A stretch of 64,000 nt of DNA from Marsupella aquatica (GCA_973895155.1 OZ316894.1:7526234-7590233); one strand, 5' to 3'. Positions 48,201 to 61,410 are shown, counted from the stretch's first letter. Notes: generated by a model not told the origin, from the letters alone. Translations and numbers: made by a program.

Positions 48201-51200
48201 CCACCCGAGATACGATAAAATACATTAAAGGATCAGTCCAAAACACAAAAAAATAAATTTGTCTTGGCAAGAATATTCCTTATGTCCCTCAAATGCAAGG
48301 AAATGGGCAACACGACGATACAATCACGGGTACAATCATTTTTGGTTGGGACTGACCCAGACATAGGTTATGTTTTATCTGGTAAACATTTGCCAAAATC
48401 TTACCTCTCTCTAAGTTGTAGCAAATGAACTAACAAAAATGAGGAGAAGTGTGAAATTGTCCATGAAAGCTAGAGCCTGTGGTCTAGAGCGAAACCTGTA
48501 GACGTTGACTATGGGTTGCCTGCAATATTAGCATGAGACAACAAGTGGGCACGGCAACAGTGAGGTTGAACAAAGGCTAGCGTATTTTGATGAGTCAAAT
48601 TTGCGAATATCGCCCTTTAGTTGAATTTGTAAAAAACCTGAATTTTTTTCTTTAAACCACACCTGCCCTTTCAAGAGTCACATGTTACCCATGGTATTTC
48701 AATTTCACTATTAACAATGAAAAATTTCCCCAATGGCGGAACAAACTGGCAGGTTAAAGGAAAAAGGTGACTGAAATGTATAAAAATGGAGAAAGTTTGG
48801 ACATTTCCCCTTATCTTATATACATATACAATTGTGAGTTAGAATCAAGAAAGATCTAACAATTTTCGACATAGTATATAATTTTACCCGGGTCCCACTT
48901 ATTTTCCGTCCTACACAAAATACTGAAAACAATCTATTGGAAATCACGACTCTGATCAGAGAGGCAGAGTACGGCACCGTGTCGTCTCTGAGGTACTGAC
49001 GTACAGCACCAAACAATGACGTTGGTACAGTAAAATTTAATGGCATACCCTGAATCGCCGGAAGGTCGCTGCTGCTTGCCAGAGATGCGGTGTGTCCCTT
49101 TTTCGGAAACCGCGTGGGATCAGAGTATCATCACTTTATCAGAGCTTCAGACTTCAAAGTTCAAAGGGCATCGCATCATCTGATCATCCCCGACAGCCAC
49201 ATACTGCCGGCATTAATTAATGAGAGGGAGAGAGAGACTGTGAGAGAGGGAGAGGCAGCACTCCAAAAGGTTGCGTGCGTGGCGCACTACCTACAGCAAA
49301 CAGAAGCAAGAGGAGAGACTGTGGTATGGAGGAGAATGGAGGAGAGACTGTGTGTGTCCTACCGTCCTACACTAACCTCTATGGGACCTGCCTGACTTCA
49401 TGCAAGTTCACGGTAGCGTCCGGAAAGCAGGCAAACGTTCAATTAATGGTGACGACGGTTGACTTGGGCTCAATGAAATGCAATGCCTGGTGGATTCTTG
49501 CGTCCGTCCAGAATTCCAGATTTCATTCGAGCCGTCAGTGCATCTCATCGACTTGTGAAGTACTCGTTATCTAACGGTAGCAGTATCGTTCCCACGGGCT
49601 GGGAACAGCCCTGCTTGGTTACTGTAGCTTTGGGAAATTTTGGGGAGAGAGTTTTCTAAACATTTATGAGAATCACTCCATACTGCGACCAACTCGGGTA
49701 TTCAGGGAGATATTTTTGTAGACTTTGTCCTGGAGTGTCCTGGATTTGGCCAAAACTGGGTAGCCCACAAGAAAATTGAGAAGGGATCGTGGCAGTAGTG
49801 TAAAAGTTCAGGTAGGATTTGAGGTGGGCTAGTTTTTACTGTACTTGACAAACAGTCCCTACCGTAGTACCGTAGTTGTTCTGTCATAGAAGAAAAGCGA
49901 ATACGATCTGCTGGTTTAACCCGCTGTCATATATCTGTAGACAGTGGTCGTGCTTGACTGCTTGTATCTGTAGCAAAGATTTCATGGCAGAAGAGCCATG
50001 AAATCTAAACTCATTGCAAGCGAAATTTGAGCTATGGATACGGCACTGCCAGGACACATAGGTAAATGCATTAATAGAAGGCATGTTTGGCGTGCAAAAA
50101 ATATCAGATCAACGAATAGTCCGAATGTGATCGTCGGTACGGACCGCATTAATTTTTCCTTTGCGTTGTGGCAAGTGTACCTACTGTAGAAGGGAGAGCG
50201 CGCGTACTACAAGCTTGGCGGTGCAAATTGTGTCATTGTGCAACGATCAGTACCTTGGTTAGAACCCATTGTAGCATTGGCTCATCGCTCATCACTTTCC
50301 TTGAGGAATGCAGTAACCACAGTAAGTTATAAGCACTGACACAATATACCCAAGGGGCGTCCTCACTAATGTAATTAATGCGATACACAAGTTATAACTG
50401 ACAAAGACGAACAATTCTTGGCGAGTACACAGTGGCGACCCACGGTAGTGGATTACACGTCAGAATGCGTACTTTACATGCATTCTCGTTTTGCTTCTAG
50501 CTTGTGACTGGCCAGCAGGTGGTGAATTATAGGAGAAGGAACCTTTGAACACAGGAAAAATAATTCCATACAAACAATAGCAGGGATTATCACGGCAATC
50601 AAGAGGGTTTGACTTGCGAAAACTAGAGCGAGTGGGCCGATCAACTGCAGTGAGTCCAATGCGAGAGAGGCACATCTACTTTTCATGCTTGCCCAAAGCA
50701 TGACCAGCTGACTAAAATACAATTTCGAGTGAAAGTGAATGACGTTGAGATTATATCAACCCTCGAAAGCAATGTAACCTCAAACTTCAACTATATTGTT
50801 GGTCCGAGACAAAGACGTAAGTTGTCCCATTAACTCAGTTTGCTGACGTGACGGCTGAGGAGGATGGGCCAGCCAGGCTGCAAGCGTAGATGCCCCAGGA
50901 GACTTTTGGGGTACAGGGATGCACAAGGTCGGATACTGGTGAGGTGAACCTAGCTGTCCTCAACGACTGTAGGATTGAATGGGTCAAGAGCCGGATTAAA
51001 AGAAGATAAACGCATGTAAATGGAGCAGATAAATGTGACAACATTGCTTTTGTAATCGAATCGGCAAATAAATGGCGTCAGATAGTCAAACGCAGCTAGG
51101 GTCAGCCCCTAAAGCATAAACACACAGAAGATAACGAAACGATAACGACTGTACAGAACCCAGAAGAAGACAAAGAGTAAGCATACAGTAGGCCGAAGAC

Positions 51201-52853
51201 CAATGCCACCCAGGCACGGAAGAGTAGACAAGATTTTTTCTTTCCATTAGAAATAAATGATGCGTCGACGAACGTGTTCACTCGAGTATTCAGCACCTTC
51301 TCTAGTATAATCGTTCAAATTTCTCATACGATTTGCCCACGACTGGATTTCGCAGGATGGACGACCTTGTAAGCAAGTGGGGAACTCAACTACAGTTGCT
51401 ATGGCAGCTTTATCAGCGAAGGGCAATCTTCAATCCTTACATAAATCTTAATATATCACCATAGAAGTACTAAAGATGGGAAAATATTGAAGCAATCTCG
51501 AATGTACCATGTCTGCCAATAGGGGAATATGGAAAAATCAAGTTCTTAAAAGTACTGAACAACTTGAAACTGTACTAAGTTTTGTTACTGGAAATACCAA
51601 CTCAAATCTAGAATCTGCCATCAGTGGTAAGCCCGGGTGGTAAGTCAGTTTTAATTATTAGATTGTTGCCTCAGTAAGTTCTCATCTAGAACCGCACTGA
51701 ATGGTTAAAAGTTCTCGTGACCCATACTTGATACAGGGCCCACGACGCATGTACATGTATCGTTCTGTCCGATGGAATTTCGTATGGCCAGGAAATATTC
51801 ATTTATTTACAGTAGGGATACCGATCTCATATATCTCTTATAATATTGATCAAGTGCCGCAGCCTGTCTGGGCCCCAGCAATATTGGGTAAGTCAAGACG
51901 TGAGAAGAACCGTACCAACTTTTCAGGCCTTTTCGTACTGAGTTCCTTTCTGGACAAATCACTTCTCTCCCATTTAAATTGGCAATAGGGCTGTAGGTTC
52001 AGTTTTGCTCAAGTGCAGTTTCGTGATCAATTGATCTGTTGAATTCCTCTTTGTACCGTGATTCTGCAGGCGGTCATTCTTTAGTCCGGACATGTATAGA
52101 AGTGGTTAAGAAGAGGTGGATGAGAGAGGCCCTGGTGTAAATCTGAAAAATCCATCGCAATCGTTACGGCTATTGATACACGGAGTGCAATATTGATGAT
52201 CGTCTCGACTCTGGGACAGCCAATTTAACACTGTCAGCTTGCTGGAAGAGTTTGTGGATTACGCTTTCTTTTGGCTCTGGTTGTACTTCCTCAATAAGTA
52301 AACTCTTAGTTGAACTACTTGCGGTTGCGTGCAGTCAACAGCGTTCCATCTCGGACACATGTAGAGCGGCTACAGGAACTGGCCATCAAGATTGTATTGT
52401 TAACCTTCCAATCGACAGTCCTCGCCTTTCTGTTTCTTTACATGTCTAATCTATTCTTTGGAGCTATTACCACTCATTCAATGCACCTGCAGATTCGTTA
52501 CCCCGTCGTGTACTGTAAAAAAGCAAGAGAGTGCGCGCACGTTTGTAGGTTTCATTCCCGTCTCTGATTCTCTCTATCTGCACGGTGGAGCACCATCGCA
52601 CAAAGTCGAGCTATCGCCGAGGTTTGCTGCTTCGCACTCCCTGCGAGCAGGCCAGGCCTCCTCTACTGGCGTACTGCAATTCATGTCAAACCTTCTTAGT
52701 AGCCCATGAACCTTGCCATCGATCATCGTTTGATATTCATTTTCAACGGCAGCCTATTTCGATAGCCTTCGACTGTACCGTGTCTGAATCTGCGGGGTTA
52801 AATTAGGCGAGCTGGTGCAGAGGAATCCTCAGAACAACAGTGCACGGTTGAAG

Positions 52854-53207
52854 ATGAAGGTTGGGAAGGATTTCAAGTCGACAGTTCTGGTCAGTATTGT
52901 TGTTCTGACAGTATTTCTGTTGTGCATACCAACAACTTCCGAAGCTTCACGGACGCTCAGACATCTTCAAAGAGGGGAATCTCAGCCCCGATCTCAGCAA
53001 GATGTATCGGCAACAGTACTGGAGGGCTTTGAGAATTTTAGGAGATATATCATGGAGTCCGAGGTCGCCACCGCTCAACACGACTCCCCTGAATGCAATG
53101 TGGACCAATTGCAGGAGTGTGCACCTCCAGCCAAAGGGACCTCCCACTTCCCACCTTTTGCGTCCAAGAGGGCGGTCCCGAACGGCCCCAACCCACTGCA
53201 CAACTAG
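52854..53207 (+). CDS. CLE: CLE (CLAVATA3/ESR-related) signalling peptide precursor, R-type, 117 aa
   Basis: N-terminal signal peptide (MKVGKDFKSTVLVSIVVLTVFLLCIPTTSEA), variable middle, and C-terminal dodecapeptide RAVPNGPNPLHN (53169-53204) preceded by K and followed directly by a stop. Confidence 0.93.
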   Translation: MKVGKDFKSTVLVSIVVLTVFLLCIPTTSEASRTLRHLQRGESQPRSQQDVSATVLEGFENFRRYIMESEVATAQHDSPECNVDQLQECAPPAKGTSHFPPFASKRAVPNGPNPLHN

Positions 53208-55115
53208 CCGCTCTCCGCTGATATCTGAGCAGCTCGAAGATGAGGATCGAAGGCCCCAGAGATGTGTAAGAAATTCACTCAGAATCTCGTTGGATTCATC
53301 CATATACCAACAATTTCATTTTTCAAGTGGAAACAGTTTAAGCACTTCAACTTGAAGAATGAACTTGGCCGCAGGGATTCGTCTACATATCTGTTAGAGG
53401 CCTCAAGACCTGGCCGAGTCGTCCATGAAGTAGAGATCTTACATTTCAGGCCGGCCTTGAGAGCACCTTTAATTGGGCAATATTGAGACTACTAGTTAGG
53501 TGAATTGATTCCACAAAATTGTAAGTTTCGATGTTACGTTCCTGGACGGTCCTGACAGAAGATTCAATGTTATAAACCCCGTGTTTGCCTTCATTCTTTA
53601 GTCGTTGTAGATGCTCGTGTAGATGTTCCTTCCGCTTCAAGGCTTGAGTAGTAATAGTATATTGAGGAGTTCCCATTGTCGGGAATCCAGGAGGAGATCG
53701 ATGGCCTCAGCTGCGCAGGCAGACCACACATATGCATGCTTGAGAGCTACCCTCATATATCTCAGTACGACTTTCTGGGAACATTTTCTATGTACAGCAA
53801 AGCCTTTAGCTGAAGTTAACACCGCGAATGGGATGTTGGCTAGCTCCGGAAGGCAAAGCAAGGAAAGCTGATGATTATCGAGGGACAAAAGGGATGCCTG
53901 GAGAGGTTGCAAAGAGGCAGCAATGTAATACTCAGAAACTTTTGAGCCAGGGCGCAACGGGGAGAACGGGACATAGAGGGTCAAGATCTTACTTATGTAA
54001 TAAATATGCTATGATCTGTAGTCCAGTACAATGTTCATTTTCGGCAATGCCAGTCCATTTTTCTTGTGTTCAGTCTGTTGTACTCCCTAGGTTTCACACA
54101 TGAATACAAGTCGAGAATTATCAGCTTCCATATGACTCACCTGGGAATCAGTGCGGTATACACTATTCGAGGACTTTGGAAACATTTTCGACTTGGCGAC
54201 CAATTCAATCTCGATTGATCACCTTCGGGTAGGTTGGATTCCAGATTCTGAAGAAGCTTGAATTTTGCGACGGCTTTTGGATGCAGCTGCATCAATTTGT
54301 TCATGTTTTCATAAGCCAGACCAGAAAGGCCTGTGGAAGATTTCATGACTGCAAGTTCCCTGATTCATCATGCACACAGGGAAAGTTGCGGGGTCATGTT
54401 GTTCACAAGTGAGAAGCTCACCACGTAGCCGTATTCATCGATTACCATCTTGGATCGATCAAGACGGCGACTTTTCGAGAATTCCTTGTGTCTAATTGAG
54501 GTCCAAACGGTCAAGCGAGGCTTCAATTGTTAGCATCGACGCCAGGTGCAAGATCATATGCATTCAATCAAAAACATGCACCTCTACTCAAATATACGGG
54601 ATTCATTCATAATAGATATGTATTGAGGCCCACATTTTTTGCTAGTGGGATTTGATCAGATAGTACCCATTTGAATCTTGTACCTGCTTTTATATCAGTG
54701 ACTCTTTCCCCTGCAGTAAAATTAGAGCTCCTTGCTAACTCAGTCTGGTTGAATTGAAGTCTATCTGCTATTTCTAGAGCCCAGAAGCCAGAGTGAGGCG
54801 AAGCTAGATCCTCGCATTGCAGAATATTTATTCAAGTGCTAGAGCAAGGTTGGGTGACCGTAGTCAGAAAGGTGCACTTTTGGACATAGATGTGGAATTT
54901 CAAGTAGTGATGTGAAATGTAAAGCAATCTAGTGTAGATTGCAAAACGTCCATGCTAGCTCTATGAGCACTTGCTAGAAACAGTACTCGTCATCTGGCTA
55001 GACATGATTTTGAAGAAGATACTCCAAACAAGGTTAGCTGACTAGCTCAGTCGCCTTGGAGGTGATAAGATGTACACCCATCGTTTGTACATAACATTCG
55101 GGTCATGCACTGTCT

Positions 55116-55426
55116 ACAACAAGCCACATTAGACTTCATATTGTTTCATGAGTTTCGTTTCGAGCTGGTTTGATCTACAGGAGCAATTCATAGTTTAGTC
55201 AGAAGGAGACTGTTGGACTGCCAAAGACGGCGACTGGTTCGAGCTGACTTCAATGCTTTCCTGACTTGGACAACAAGCCACAGCGGACCTTCATATTATT
55301 TCACGAGTTTCGTTTCGAGCTGGTTTGATCTACAGGAGCTATTCATAGTTTATTCAGAGGGAGACTGTTGGATTGCTAGAGACGGCGATAGGTTCAGAGC
55401 TGACTTTAATGCTTGCCTGGCTTGGA
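55116..55426 (+). repeat. Tandem duplication of about 154 bp
   Basis: acaacaagccaca...ttcatatt.tttca.gagtttcgtttcgagctggtttgatctacaggagc.attcatagttta...ggagactgttgga...gagctgactt.aatgctt.cctg.cttgga at 55116 and 55270. Confidence 0.9.
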
Positions 55427-58028
55427 TGAAAAAGCTTACATGATGATTGTGTTGATCAATGCAATCGGGAGTGATCAACCTCATTCTACTGTAGGTTATC
55501 GATCCGTAGGTCTTCATGGGGTCCTGTTAACTGCACATCAAAATCTTACATATACGTGTACGATATATTTCCATACCATGAGAAACCTCGTTATTTTCTT
55601 TAAATTAATGAGTGATTTTGATGTGTGATTAAGGGCAAGGGTCTTCCTGGATAGTGTTTTATACATTGTTCCTTCTTCTCTGCCTGATCTGGTGAGCGGT
55701 AACAGTGCGCCATTAATAGCTCAATCTCAGTGGTATTATTTTAGTATCGAGCTCGTTGCATGCTGTGCAAGAGAAAGTCTGAGTAAATGACTTCTTCTTA
55801 GATCGATCTCGATGTGAGGTGTCCAGGTCGGAGGCAATCAAGGAAAGAAAATATCTGGCAGTAGATGGCTGTGGACGGTGAATACAGGACTCCCGACACT
55901 GCATTTGCCGTATGAGGATCCGTTTCAGCTTTAATTGAATTTTATACTGTGGCCCGCGCCTTTGCATAAATTCTGGACAGGTTCTTCTTTTTCTGTTTCT
56001 TTAGTTCATTGGTGGTTTGTTTGTCATTATAAGCTTACAACGTCTCCGTTTTACAAAACTATGCATGGATGGACCTCAAAGCGTGCTATATGCTTGGATT
56101 GACTTTCAGAAATAGAATGTAGAGCATCCAAGCATTGAAATTTGTTGGATAATAGGTTTACAATTACCAAAATCTAGAGGGTCTGTGGATGACCATCTTT
56201 TGAATTGGATTATTTTGCAACTACCCAACATCTCCAAGACTCACCTTGGCCTCAAAGAGAGGGCATCAAACGAGCTTCCCAATAGACCAATTTTGCCTGA
56301 CGTAGACTAAAGTTGTGAACATGACGTTATAGCTTAAACACATTGAACATTAGCATTATTCAAAAGTTGATTAGTTACAAAAAATACATCAAGCAATGGC
56401 CTTAGTTTGATTATAGGATTAGTTTATCATTGAATCCATAAACTTTTGGATAGCAAGAGTTCAATTTACAACCCAATCAAAGTAAACTTATTACACTGTT
56501 AACAGTTATTAGTGCAGAATGCATTAGTGTTACTCACACTAATTGTATTCTAAAACTAATTTGGTGCGCATGCATTAGTGTTGCTTGGGACTCAATAGTA
56601 AAAAATGGTGAGATAAAATTATTAAAAAAAATCAATATGAATTAGTGTTACCCTCTACCATTTTCATTAACACATTAGGCTACACCTGCCCACATAGAAG
56701 TCTCATTCCCTACCTCACCGCTGCTCATTATTGTCCAATGGTGAACAGTGTGCTCATGATCATAAAGGTGAAGCACCAACCCGAAAAGATGGAGCCAATC
56801 CCATTCATAGTGAAACTGAACAGTGCGCTTTATAATGAGAGCTAGATAGTGATAACCCATAGCTCTTATAAAGCATGTTGTGCTTTAAACAAAGATTGAA
56901 AAAACTGATTTTTAAAATTGACAATGTTTGGTGTTGCATTGACCTAGTTCTAATTCATTCACAATACTAGTACAGCAACAAGAACCAAGAAAGTTCATCA
57001 AAAGGGTCTCTCTCTCTCTCTCTTGTAGTGTAGGTCTTAGGTCTTTGAGCTCCTGGCTATGGAGTCTAGACTGTAGCACAATTTTGGTGCCACTTTGACT
57101 ACCCTCCCGCACTCAGTTTTTCTCGGAATCCAGTTTTCTCAGTTGCATTAGCTTGCTCTTGCCGAGGCGCATCAAATCGATTTAAAACACGTCCAAAACG
57201 GTGCCGTATCGACATACTTATGATCACATTCGTTTTCGCCGTTTTTCAGTCATTTTTCTGTGATTTTCGTCTTCCTTTCGACGGTCATATCTCGGTCAAT
57301 CTTTCACGGATTTCAGATTTCTCAAGTGCTTTGTATAGCTCTTCTCCGGGAGAATCAGATTGATCCCAAGAGCGGTCCAATTGGTCTCTTATTGCCCCGA
57401 TTGGACTTTGATTAGCTCTCACGTTTTTCCTTCAATTTCCACCATTCTCACTTTCAATTAGCTTTGGGGTCCTGTAGTAGTTCCTCGTTCACGGAATCCG
57501 GCATTCTCATGTGATTTGGCCCGCTCTTGTCCGGGAGTGCAACATCTATCCCTACCGCGGTCCTTTTGGTGACATATCAACCACTTTTGGCTCCGATTAC
57601 GATTCTGATTTACTCCTCCATTTTTGGTGACGGTTTCCCTTGATCAGCTTTGGAGCATTCCTGTCTTGCCACGTTTCTCCTCCGATTGGTGGTTGCCTTT
57701 CTTCTTCAGTTCTGGCAAGGTGGCTTTTGCCAAGTTTAGTGGACCAGTTTGCATTCCACCATCTTCGGGAGCTGTAGCAGCACGCTCAAATCAGCGGAGA
57801 GATATTCACTCGCATCGACTCCTCACCGGACACATCGACGAGTGCTCCAGCTTTGTTCCCGGCTGTGCCTGCACGTGCTCAACGGTTTTCTAGGCTAGCG
57901 GTGGCGCCGTTTCTCGGATTTTGACGCGGTGGGCTCTCTCCATAGCCTTCCCTTTCTTTTCACATGTCTTGGTTGGGCCTTTTGTCGCTTCTTGCTGCGC
58001 TTTTGCTTTTATCGGGTTGCGACCTGTC

Positions 58029-58962
58029 ATGTCTACGTTGAGAGTGTTGGCGCGGGGCAAGCGCCCAGCCCCCCCACACAGTTCTCCCCCCTCCTCCCCC
58101 CCGCCTCGTGGTCGCCTTCGTGTTTGCTCTTCTTCATTGGATCTCTCTCATCTTCGTGATGACCCCATGCCCGATGTTCTGCCAGTCCCCCCAGTCTACT
58201 GCCCACCCCATCGACGCCCTGGCTCCTCTCCCCACCCCATTCCCCCTCCACCCCTCCAGCATCCCCCTCCGGCCTCTTCATCCCCCCACCTCCTGTCCAG
58301 TCGTTCCCTGCTCCCTCCCCAAATGAGCGTCCCCTGCATACTTGTCCTGAGTGTGGCTGGGTTGGCCTCTCCCTTCCTCATCACCGCGGGCGGGGCCGGT
58401 GCCAACGTCGCCAGCAAGCACAATCCCAGCCCCAGCCCCCTCTTGACCCAGTTAGCTCTGCCCCTCCTTCCTTGGAGGCTTTCGAGCAGGCATGGAGTTG
58501 GGTTCGCTCTCTAGACCCCCTTCCAGCCTACCATCCAGGGTACATTAGACCTCGCCTTTATAACCACATCCCACTAGCATTGCGCCCATTAGTTCGGTCA
58601 TCCTTGTTGCAACTCATGCAGCTTATCTTGGCGCATCCTATCGAGGTCTCCTATTGGTCTTTACTCATGCTTTTTCCACAGTGGACTCTTACCCTCCCTA
58701 GTCACGGTGGTCGCGTGGGTCATCGTGAGACTGCCTCTCGTATCCATCGTTTTCTGCGGGGAGATTGGGAACAGCTTCAGGAAGAGTACTTTCTTTGAGC
58801 CCGTTCCTTTACTACCCATGCTTTGTCTGACCAGCTCACCACTCTCATCCTCCAGAGCACAGACGCCTTCGTCGCTCTTGTCGTTTAGCCCAGGCTGGTG
58901 AATATCGTCGTGCGGTCTAGGCCCTTTCTCCCACCACACCAGCCCCCCCTGGCGAGGTCACC
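58029..58962 (+). pseudogene. Disrupted N-terminal part of the retrotransposon ORF (Pro-rich region and zinc finger)
   Basis: Starts MSTLRVLARGKRPAPP (58029). A frameshift in the C-rich tract leads to HTCPECGWVGLSLPHHRGRGRC (about 58337-58402). Then a TGA at 58796-58798, a second frameshift near 58830, and RRLRRSCRLAQAGEYRRAV*AL with TAG at 58918-58920, in frame with the RT ORF. Confidence 0.7.
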
Positions 58963-61410
58963 TTGACGGCCCTTCAGGATCTCCATCCGCAACCCTATGA
59001 TCAGCTCCCTTTGTTCGTGGAGGATTTTGAGCCTGAGGAGGATCTTCAGTTTAGTAGGGACCATTTCACCTATGCTTTCCTCCATGCTCCGTGTTGCGCG
59101 GCTAGTGGCCCCTCTGGCTATGTCTTTGAGCATTTTCGTGATTTATTCCCCCCTGAGGATCCTCAGTCTGGTTTTCCAGTTTTCTTCTCCTTTTGCCAGT
59201 GTATTGCTGCCGGCCGTTTGCCTCCTCCCGTCTCTCGGCTTTTGAGTGCTTCTCGTTTATTGGCCATGGCTAAGTCTTCACCGGGTGTTCGGCCCATAGC
59301 TATTGGAGAGGTTTTTCTTCGTCTGGTGTCTCGCACACTTTCATCGCAATATCGCTCTGCACTATCGGATCATTTCTCTCCACATCAGTTTGCAGTGGGC
59401 GTTCCTGGCGGTTGTGAGACAGTTATTGCGGGTATTCGTACTACCTTGGACCTCCACCCTGATTGGGTTGTCGTCCAGGTTGATGTCTCCAATGCTTTCA
59501 ATACGGTTTCTCGGGCAGCAATTTTTTGTGCTTTGAGGGCAGCGGATCCAGACATCCAGTCCCTTATCCCCTTTGTCCGTTGTTTTTATGGGTTCGAGGC
59601 CCCCCTCTTCTATAGTCATCACACCTCTACAGGAGTGTATACCACTCTTTCTTCTGCAGAAGGTACACGTCAGGGTGACCCTTTGGGTGGGCCTCTTTTT
59701 GCCATTGTCCATTTTACTGCTTTACGGGAAGCCTTTGCGGCCCACCCCCAGTGTATCTTCCTCTCCCTTTCAGATGACACCCACATCATTGGTCCACCTG
59801 TTGCTGTTACTTCTGCCCTCGCCACCCTTTCCACCCATTTGTTGGGCCTCGGTTTACGAGTTCAGCCGGTGAAGAGTCGTGCATGGAGTCCAGCTGGGTT
59901 ACTCTCTGATCTTGCGCTTCCCCCTGGGTTCTTACGTCCAGCCGACGGTCTTCGGGTCCTTGGCTCCCCAGTCGGTACCGCCTCCTTTTGCTCATCTTTC
60001 ATTGCTGACGCTCTCCAGGCTGCCTTAGCCCCTACTCCTATGCTCCCTAAGTTAGCAGACTCTCAGGCAGCATTTGGGTTGTTGTTGAGATGCATCCACC
60101 CTCGTGCGTCCTATTTGGCTCGGACACATCCCCCTACCGAGGATCTTTATCTACACCTCCGAGCGTTTGATGTCTCCATTCGTGAGACTTTGGCCTCTCT
60201 TTTAGGGCCAGGTACTTTACTCTCATCTCCGTGGCTTCATCGACAGCTCAGTCTTCCTATTTCTCACGGTGGTTTTGGGCTTACTTCCACTGAGCGCCTT
60301 GCACCTTTGGCCTTCTTGGGCGCGTGGGCGACCGCCTTCTCATTGTTGGCAGATCGTTTCCTTACTGAGGATCGACCTTTTTTACTTTCGTCTCTCATGG
60401 AGGTCGAGGAGGGTTCCCTCCCATTTCAGGTTCATTTGCGCACGGCGCGGTCATCATTACCCGATCTTGTTCGAGCTGCGTTACCTTCATTTGAGGAGTT
60501 TTTATCCTTGGACCCCGTCCGTCTTCAGGCAGACCTTGCTGGGCGTATGCACGCTTTCACCCTTTCCAGCATCCTCACCGAGGCACCTGACACGGACCGA
60601 GCTCGGATTCTTTCTTCCAGAGGGAAGGGCGCAGGAGGCTGGCTTCAGGCCAATCCAGTCATTCCTCACCTGCGGATGTCTTCAGCGGAGTTTGCGACAG
60701 CCATGCGTCTTCGTATGGGCTTGCCCCACCCACTTCTTGCTGGTTTACCTCCTACTTGCACTTGTGGGAAGCCTTGTGATGCCACAGGTGTCCATCTTCT
60801 TCGATGCAGTTTGGGCGGCGAAACCACTTTTGTTCACGACGTTGTGAGAGATGCGACTGCTCAGGTTCTCTCTGGCTCTTTGGTCTGCGCGTGGCGGGAG
60901 GTGGTGCTCGAGTTACCTGGTCCTCCATCACAGCGGTTACGGGTGGATCTTACCATGGTCCGTGAAGGTCACCGTACTTTGGCAGATGTAGTGGTGGCAA
61001 ACCCATTGCGCCAAGACATCATTGGGACAGCGGCAACAACGGCAGGGGCAGTAGCATCACGAGCAGCAACAACGAAGGAGGCCAAATATGCTGCACGAGC
61101 TTCATCTGATAGCTTCCTGCCCCTTGCTCTTGAGATATTTGGGCGTCTCCATCATCAGTTCGACGGGCTTCTTCGCCAAGCTGCTCGGGATGTTCACGGC
61201 CGGATGGGTCCCACCGGGCCCCCGCTATCTGTTTTGACCACGCACTTTCGCCAACGCATTTCAGTCACCTTACAGCGTGCTCAAGCTCGGGCCGTCTATC
61301 GTCGATCTCTGACAGTGGGTGCTAGTGTGACTCCGCAGCGGCTAGCCCCCCTAGAGGACATTCCTGTCCCACTTGCCGATCTAGTTTCGACACTTGATGT
61401 AGACCACTAG
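58963..61410 (+). CDS. Reverse transcriptase + CCHC + restriction-like endonuclease (CRE-like non-LTR element), open 815-aa segment
   Basis: RT motifs: SGPSG, RPIAIGEVFLRLVSR, QFAVGVPGGCE, VDVSNAFNTVSR, GTRQGDPLG, LSDD, LRVLGSPVG; LPISHGGFGL. Zinc knuckle CTC...HLLRC. RLE HDVVRD...RVDL...ADV...KEAKY...FLPLALEIFG. Confidence 0.92.
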   Translation: MTALQDLHPQPYDQLPLFVEDFEPEEDLQFSRDHFTYAFLHAPCCAASGPSGYVFEHFRDLFPPEDPQSGFPVFFSFCQCIAAGRLPPPVSRLLSASRLLAMAKSSPGVRPIAIGEVFLRLVSRTLSSQYRSALSDHFSPHQFAVGVPGGCETVIAGIRTTLDLHPDWVVVQVDVSNAFNTVSRAAIFCALRAADPDIQSLIPFVRCFYGFEAPLFYSHHTSTGVYTTLSSAEGTRQGDPLGGPLFAIVHFTALREAFAAHPQCIFLSLSDDTHIIGPPVAVTSALATLSTHLLGLGLRVQPVKSRAWSPAGLLSDLALPPGFLRPADGLRVLGSPVGTASFCSSFIADALQAALAPTPMLPKLADSQAAFGLLLRCIHPRASYLARTHPPTEDLYLHLRAFDVSIRETLASLLGPGTLLSSPWLHRQLSLPISHGGFGLTSTERLAPLAFLGAWATAFSLLADRFLTEDRPFLLSSLMEVEEGSLPFQVHLRTARSSLPDLVRAALPSFEEFLSLDPVRLQADLAGRMHAFTLSSILTEAPDTDRARILSSRGKGAGGWLQANPVIPHLRMSSAEFATAMRLRMGLPHPLLAGLPPTCTCGKPCDATGVHLLRCSLGGETTFVHDVVRDATAQVLSGSLVCAWREVVLELPGPPSQRLRVDLTMVREGHRTLADVVVANPLRQDIIGTAATTAGAVASRAATTKEAKYAARASSDSFLPLALEIFGRLHHQFDGLLRQAARDVHGRMGPTGPPLSVLTTHFRQRISVTLQRAQARAVYRRSLTVGASVTPQRLAPLEDIPVPLADLVSTLDVDH

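Noticed and set aside
49116-49195. Minus-strand C/D-box snoRNA-like arrangement (ATGATG...CTGA...GTGATGA...CTGA)
   Set aside because: The C box is imperfect, only 4 nt separate C' and D, and I could not match a guide to plant rRNA. A snoscan or Infernal search would settle it.
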